This document shows, piece after piece, positions 1-64,000 of a stretch of 64,000 nucleotides of DNA (its first letter is position 1; each line of letters begins with the position of its first letter). The translations under genes were made by a program, and so were the position numbers. Below the pieces are notes generated by a model. That model was not told where the DNA came from and searched no databases. It was given only the letters and a program-made list of their open reading frames with translations. The stretch is from Octopus bimaculoides (lineage: Eukaryota): positions 25,237,781-25,301,780 of the forward strand of contig NC_069002.1 of the NCBI RefSeq assembly GCF_001194135.2. Reading direction: 5' to 3'.

Positions 1-148
1 GATTCGATCCACTATATATATATATAATAGTGTGTGCACACGTATCATTCAGTCGGCCTATATAAATGTAATCCTCCTTATTTGAAACCAGTTTGATAAA
101 TGCCAGTGCACAAAACTTTCGGCCCTTGGGTCACTTTGTAACTTTTGC

Positions 149-177
<29 letters not shown>

Positions 178-179
<2 letters not shown>

Positions 180-1400
180 CATTATGATCATTTAACGTCC
201 GTTTCCTATGCTGGCATGGGTTGAACGGTTTGACAGAAGCTGGCCTGCCAAAGAGCTACCCAGTCTCCTTGGCTTCTACAGCTGGATGCCCTTCCTAATG
301 CCAACCACTTTACAGAGTGTGCTGGGTGCTTTTACACAGCATGGGTGTGTTTACATGGCACCAATACAGGTACTTTTTACATGATACGAGCCCACAACAT
401 TAGGAATGCTCACCTGTAGAGGAATGCAGGAGACATGCCTGTATGCAAGGACAACCATGATTTTAATTAGCTTGATGTGTCTTCTCAAGCACGGCAAACT
501 TTGAGGAGTCTCATTCCACTGTCATCCCCTCTGTGAGTCCCAACACCTGAAGATCCTTTTTCACCCCATGTCTTCCTGGATCTACCCTTTCCTCTACGTT
601 TAGGGATTGGTACCTCTTCATGCAGCTGTCTTCGTTCATGTGCCTTACATGACCATACCAGGGCAGTCTTCTCTTTTGCACACATCTGATGCCTCATATA
701 CCCAGTTTTTCTCACAAATTACTTCTCCATTGTATTTGTGCACTGACATTACCCATCTAGCTGAGTATACTGGCGTCATTTCTTTCAAGCCTTCACATAT
801 CCTCAGTCACAGCCCGTGTCTCACTGCCATGTAGTATAGCGGTTCATACACAGACATCATAAAATCTGCCTTTCACTCTTTGGGAGAGGCCCTTCATTAC
901 CATCAGAGGCAAGAGCTCTCTGAGCTTTGCCCAGTCTATTCTTAATTAAAACAACTATGCTTTCAGAACAACCTCCATCGCTTCTAACTTACCCATCTAA
1001 GTAACAGAAACTGTCTACTACTTCTAAGGATCCCGTCCCCTGACATTTGAGGGAGTCTGTTTTTTGTACATTCCTGGTGTTTAATGTACCTGCACATCTG
1101 CTACTTGTAAGGACTACTTTCTCTGTTAGTCGTCCAGTAATACTGCTGCACCTCTTGCATGTCCATGACTTGCACTGAGTACACTGTAGGGAGTTTCTCC
1201 TGACACCTTTTCTACATATTGAGCAGGGCCGTCTCCCTGAAGGGAATCTGTGATTTGTCTGTTTTCCTACCTATCAAGACTCTCGTCTTTGCTAAATTTA
1301 TTCTAAGGCCCTTTGATTCCAGTCTGTGCTTCCATACCTGGAATTTCTTCTCTAGTTCTGGTAGAGATTCACCAATAAGAACTGGTTTAGAGGAGCTTTA
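178..1400 (-). mobile_element. 5'-truncated, degenerate RTE-clade LINE (ORF2 C-terminal half plus 3' UTR)
   Basis: Minus-strand remnants PELEKKFQVWK, EVVDSFCYL and RGKGRSRKTW; shares the ...GCATGGAAA..GACGTTAAA(TGA)n 3' end. Confidence 0.85.
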
Positions 1401-1711
1401 TGCCAGTGACCTTTTGAAGTATCTACTCATTTGTGGCGGAAGTAAAGAATACGTACACCACCCGTTTTCAGCGTAACAAAAACCCTAACCTTAAACACCG
1501 GGTGTGCGAATTCTTTACTTTCGCCCTCATTTGTTTCTATAATTCAAAAAAGCCACATCAAATTTTTACCATTTTCCCCAATTTTTAATAATGCTGTCTC
1601 CCACCCATTGTACCTCTTATCCCAAGTGTTCTTACATTTTTTTAAATAAGGTAGCATATTATCTGAGGGGCATTTGACAGCTCTTTCAAGCAGGACGAGT
1701 GACTACATATT

Positions 1712-2116
1712 CATCATCATCATCGTTTAACGTCTGCTTTCCATGCTAGCATGGGTTGGACGATTTGACTGAGGACTGGTGAACCAGATGGCTACACCAG
1801 GCTCCACTCTGATCTGGCAGAGTTTCTACAACTGGATGCCCTTCCTAACACCAACCACTCCGAGAGTGTAGTGAGTGCTTTTATGTGCCACCGGCATGAA
1901 GGCCAATCAGGCGGTACTGGCAACGGCCACGCTCAAAAGGGTGTATTTTACATGCCACCTGCACAGGAGCCAGTCCAGTGGCACTGGCAACGATCTCGCT
2001 TGAATGTCTTTACAAGTGCCAGGAAGGAGACGCTGGGTACAGGTGCCCTATTTTTTTGTACTATTCTGGTGTTTAATGTACCTATGCATCTGCCACTTGT
2101 AAACACTTGGGTTTGA
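1712..2116 (-). mobile_element. RTE 3'-end copy (young subfamily) plus a short ORF2 fragment
   Basis: (CAT)n-CGTTTAACGTC-GCTTTCCATGCTAGCATGGG start; 2040-2110 matches RTE sequence at 1061-1120. Confidence 0.8.
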
Positions 2117-2404
2117 AAATTTTTTTCTTTGTAATCATATGAATTCCCATGTGTAGAACACAAATTCTCAAAAATTTTCTGAAATTTCCAAAAAATAAAA
2201 ATGTTAGGAGGGGTTAAATGGGGTGCTTAAACCAGAACTCCACTTTTCTTTGTAATAAATACTCTTTAAAATCAAAGAACACCTGATTTACTATCTTTAC
2301 AACCAGTGCCAGACCTTAGTTTGGTAAGAATAGCACCTGTTCAGTCTTTTGCTTAATCCATTTTCCCACTTAAATGTTTTTTGTTTTTCTGATTCAACTT
2401 TCAG

Positions 2405-62214
<59,810 letters not shown>

Positions 62215-62376
62215 GTAAACTTATCCATTCTCATTTGCTTCTCTTTTTCTTTCCTGTTCCTTATTGATATACACACATCACACAGATCTCCATTGACATT
62301 TCTGAAGATTTTTGTTAGGTTTTCTATGCTAGCAGGAGTTGGACAGTTCTGCCAATCATGCACATAGACACATTGT

Positions 62377-62560
62377 CATCATCATCATTTAACATCTGTG
62401 TCCCATGCTGTCATGAGGTTTGACAGGATCCAACGGGTCTGAGGACTGCATCATGCTCCAGTGCCTGCTTTGGTATCGTTTCTATGGCTGGATGCCCTTC
62501 TTTCACAAAGTGTACTGGTTAGTGTTTCCAGTGACACCAGTGCTATTAAGGTCACCATGC
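62377..62560 (-). mobile_element. RTE 3'-end fragment
   Basis: (CAT)n plus terminal block, diverged. Confidence 0.65.
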
Positions 62561-63088
62561 TGCAGTGGTCAGGGAAGCAGCTTTATGCTTGGAGGGGTTA
62601 AAGTATGAAAGAAGGGACCAGAACAAGTTTTTTCCCAGTAAAGAATCTCCATGGCTACTTAAATTATAGAAAGGTGGCTGAGAGTGATCAGGGTGGAACT
62701 GGAAATGGATAAAATAAGGGTGAGGAGACATCAGGGTGGACAGGTGAATGGGGACAACAAGGGCCAGGGGTAGTAATTGCAAGCTACATCATTACATACC
62801 CATATTAAACATGTATAGCTTATCTTCACTATTTATTGCTGTTGGTGGGATTAGAAAGCTTTAATCCTATGAAGAACTGGCGTCTCATTCAAAGCAGTGA
62901 CCTGTATTCGAGGACACGACACAGAAACCAGGACAAGCTGTGATATGATGAGACAGGCTTTAACTGACTTATCTCAGGTATTGACATAACTTCAATTAGC
63001 AATGCTGATATCTCTGTGGCACACTGACCTACATTAAGTCCTGTCAAGGAGTTTCATATTATTTTACTGAACCTGAAACTACATTTAT

Positions 63089-63477
63089 TCTTTTTCTTGT
63101 TTCAGTCATTTCACTGCAGCCATGCTGGAGCACCGCCTTTAGTCGAATCAAATCGACCCCAGAACTTACTCTTTGTAAGCCTAGTACTTATTCTATCGGC
63201 CTCTTTTGCCGAACTGCTAAGTTACAGGGACCTAAACACACCAGCATCGGTTGTCTAGCGATGTTGAGGGGACGAACACAGATACACAACATATACACAC
63301 GCATATATATATACATACGACAAGCTTCTTTCAGTTTCCGCCTACCAAATCCACTCACAAGGCCTTGGTCGACCCGAGGCTATAGTAGAAGACACTTGCC
63401 CAATGTGCCACGCAGTGAGACTGAACCCAGAACCATGTGGTTGGTAAGCAAGCTACTTACCACACGGCCACTCCTAC
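63089..63477 (-). mobile_element. Full-length SINE-A, antisense
   Basis: Reverse complement of 55031-55406; other antisense copies at about 51905-52110 and 59650-59930. Confidence 0.88.
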
Positions 63478-63544
63478 ATTTGTAAAACAAAGTGTTTTTT
63501 TTTTTTTTTAACCATGCTTTCATAATGATGTACGCATTTCTAAA

Positions 63545-63851
63545 ATAATTCTTTCTACTATCGGCACAAAGCCTGAAATTCTGTGGGAGAGGACAAGTCG
63601 ATTATTTCAACCCCAGTAGTGTTCAACTGGATCCTATTTTATCAACCCTGATAGGATAAAAGGCGAAGCTGACTTCGGCGGAATTTGAACTCTGAATATA
63701 AAACCTTTGTGGCATTTCTCCCAACTTTACATTCTGAGTTCAAATTCTGCCAAAGCTGACTTTACCTTTCATCCTTCCAGGGTCAAAAGAGTAAGTACCA
63801 GTTGCGCACTGAAGTTGATGTAATCCCACCAAATTTCAGGCTTTGTGCCTG
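63545..63851. repeat. Head-to-head inverted SINE-B pair
   Basis: Reversed arm 63545-63697 and forward arm 63731-63851. Confidence 0.75.
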
Positions 63852-64000
63852 CGTGGATTGTTTTACAAATGTATCATCGTGGAGACCACATTGCAAACAT
63901 ATGCTTTCCCAGTTCATTCTACTGCACAGCACCCCTTGGGTAAATGTCTTTCACCCTGAACCAAACAGAACTTAGCACATGTATATGGTAGGCAGAAACT

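Noticed and set aside
1219-1476. ELYASDL on the + strand resembling an RT YADD motif
   Set aside because: The LINE here is on the minus strand, and the match arises at its decayed truncation junction.

Overview
AT-rich, microsatellite-rich eukaryotic DNA. The repeat landscape suggests a coleoid cephalopod, probably Octopus, but that is inference and not proven. The window is almost entirely the body of one + strand gene, SNRNP200/Brr2 (U5 snRNP 200 kDa helicase). I traced 40 GT-AG coding exons from 2405 to 62214, all in consistent phase. The first coding exon lies upstream of the window, the last exons lie downstream, and about 151 nt of coding sequence is predicted to fall in the N gap at 50841-51633. 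The introns hold RTE-type LINE remnants, several tRNA-derived SINE families, TTAA-flanked piggyBac-type MITEs, TA-flanked Tc1/mariner-type MITEs and microsatellites. The most striking element is a 466-bp palindrome (33273-33738). Each arm has a tRNA-like Pol III head and a minimal type-I hammerhead-ribozyme motif of the kind associated with Penelope-like elements, and a collapsed second copy lies at 55965-56240. Also notable are a six-copy head-to-tail SINE array, several other long intronic hairpins and nested transposon insertions. Exon coordinates were hand-indexed to the base; repeat boundaries are approximate. Family names SINE-A, SINE-B, MITE-A and MITE-B are my working labels.
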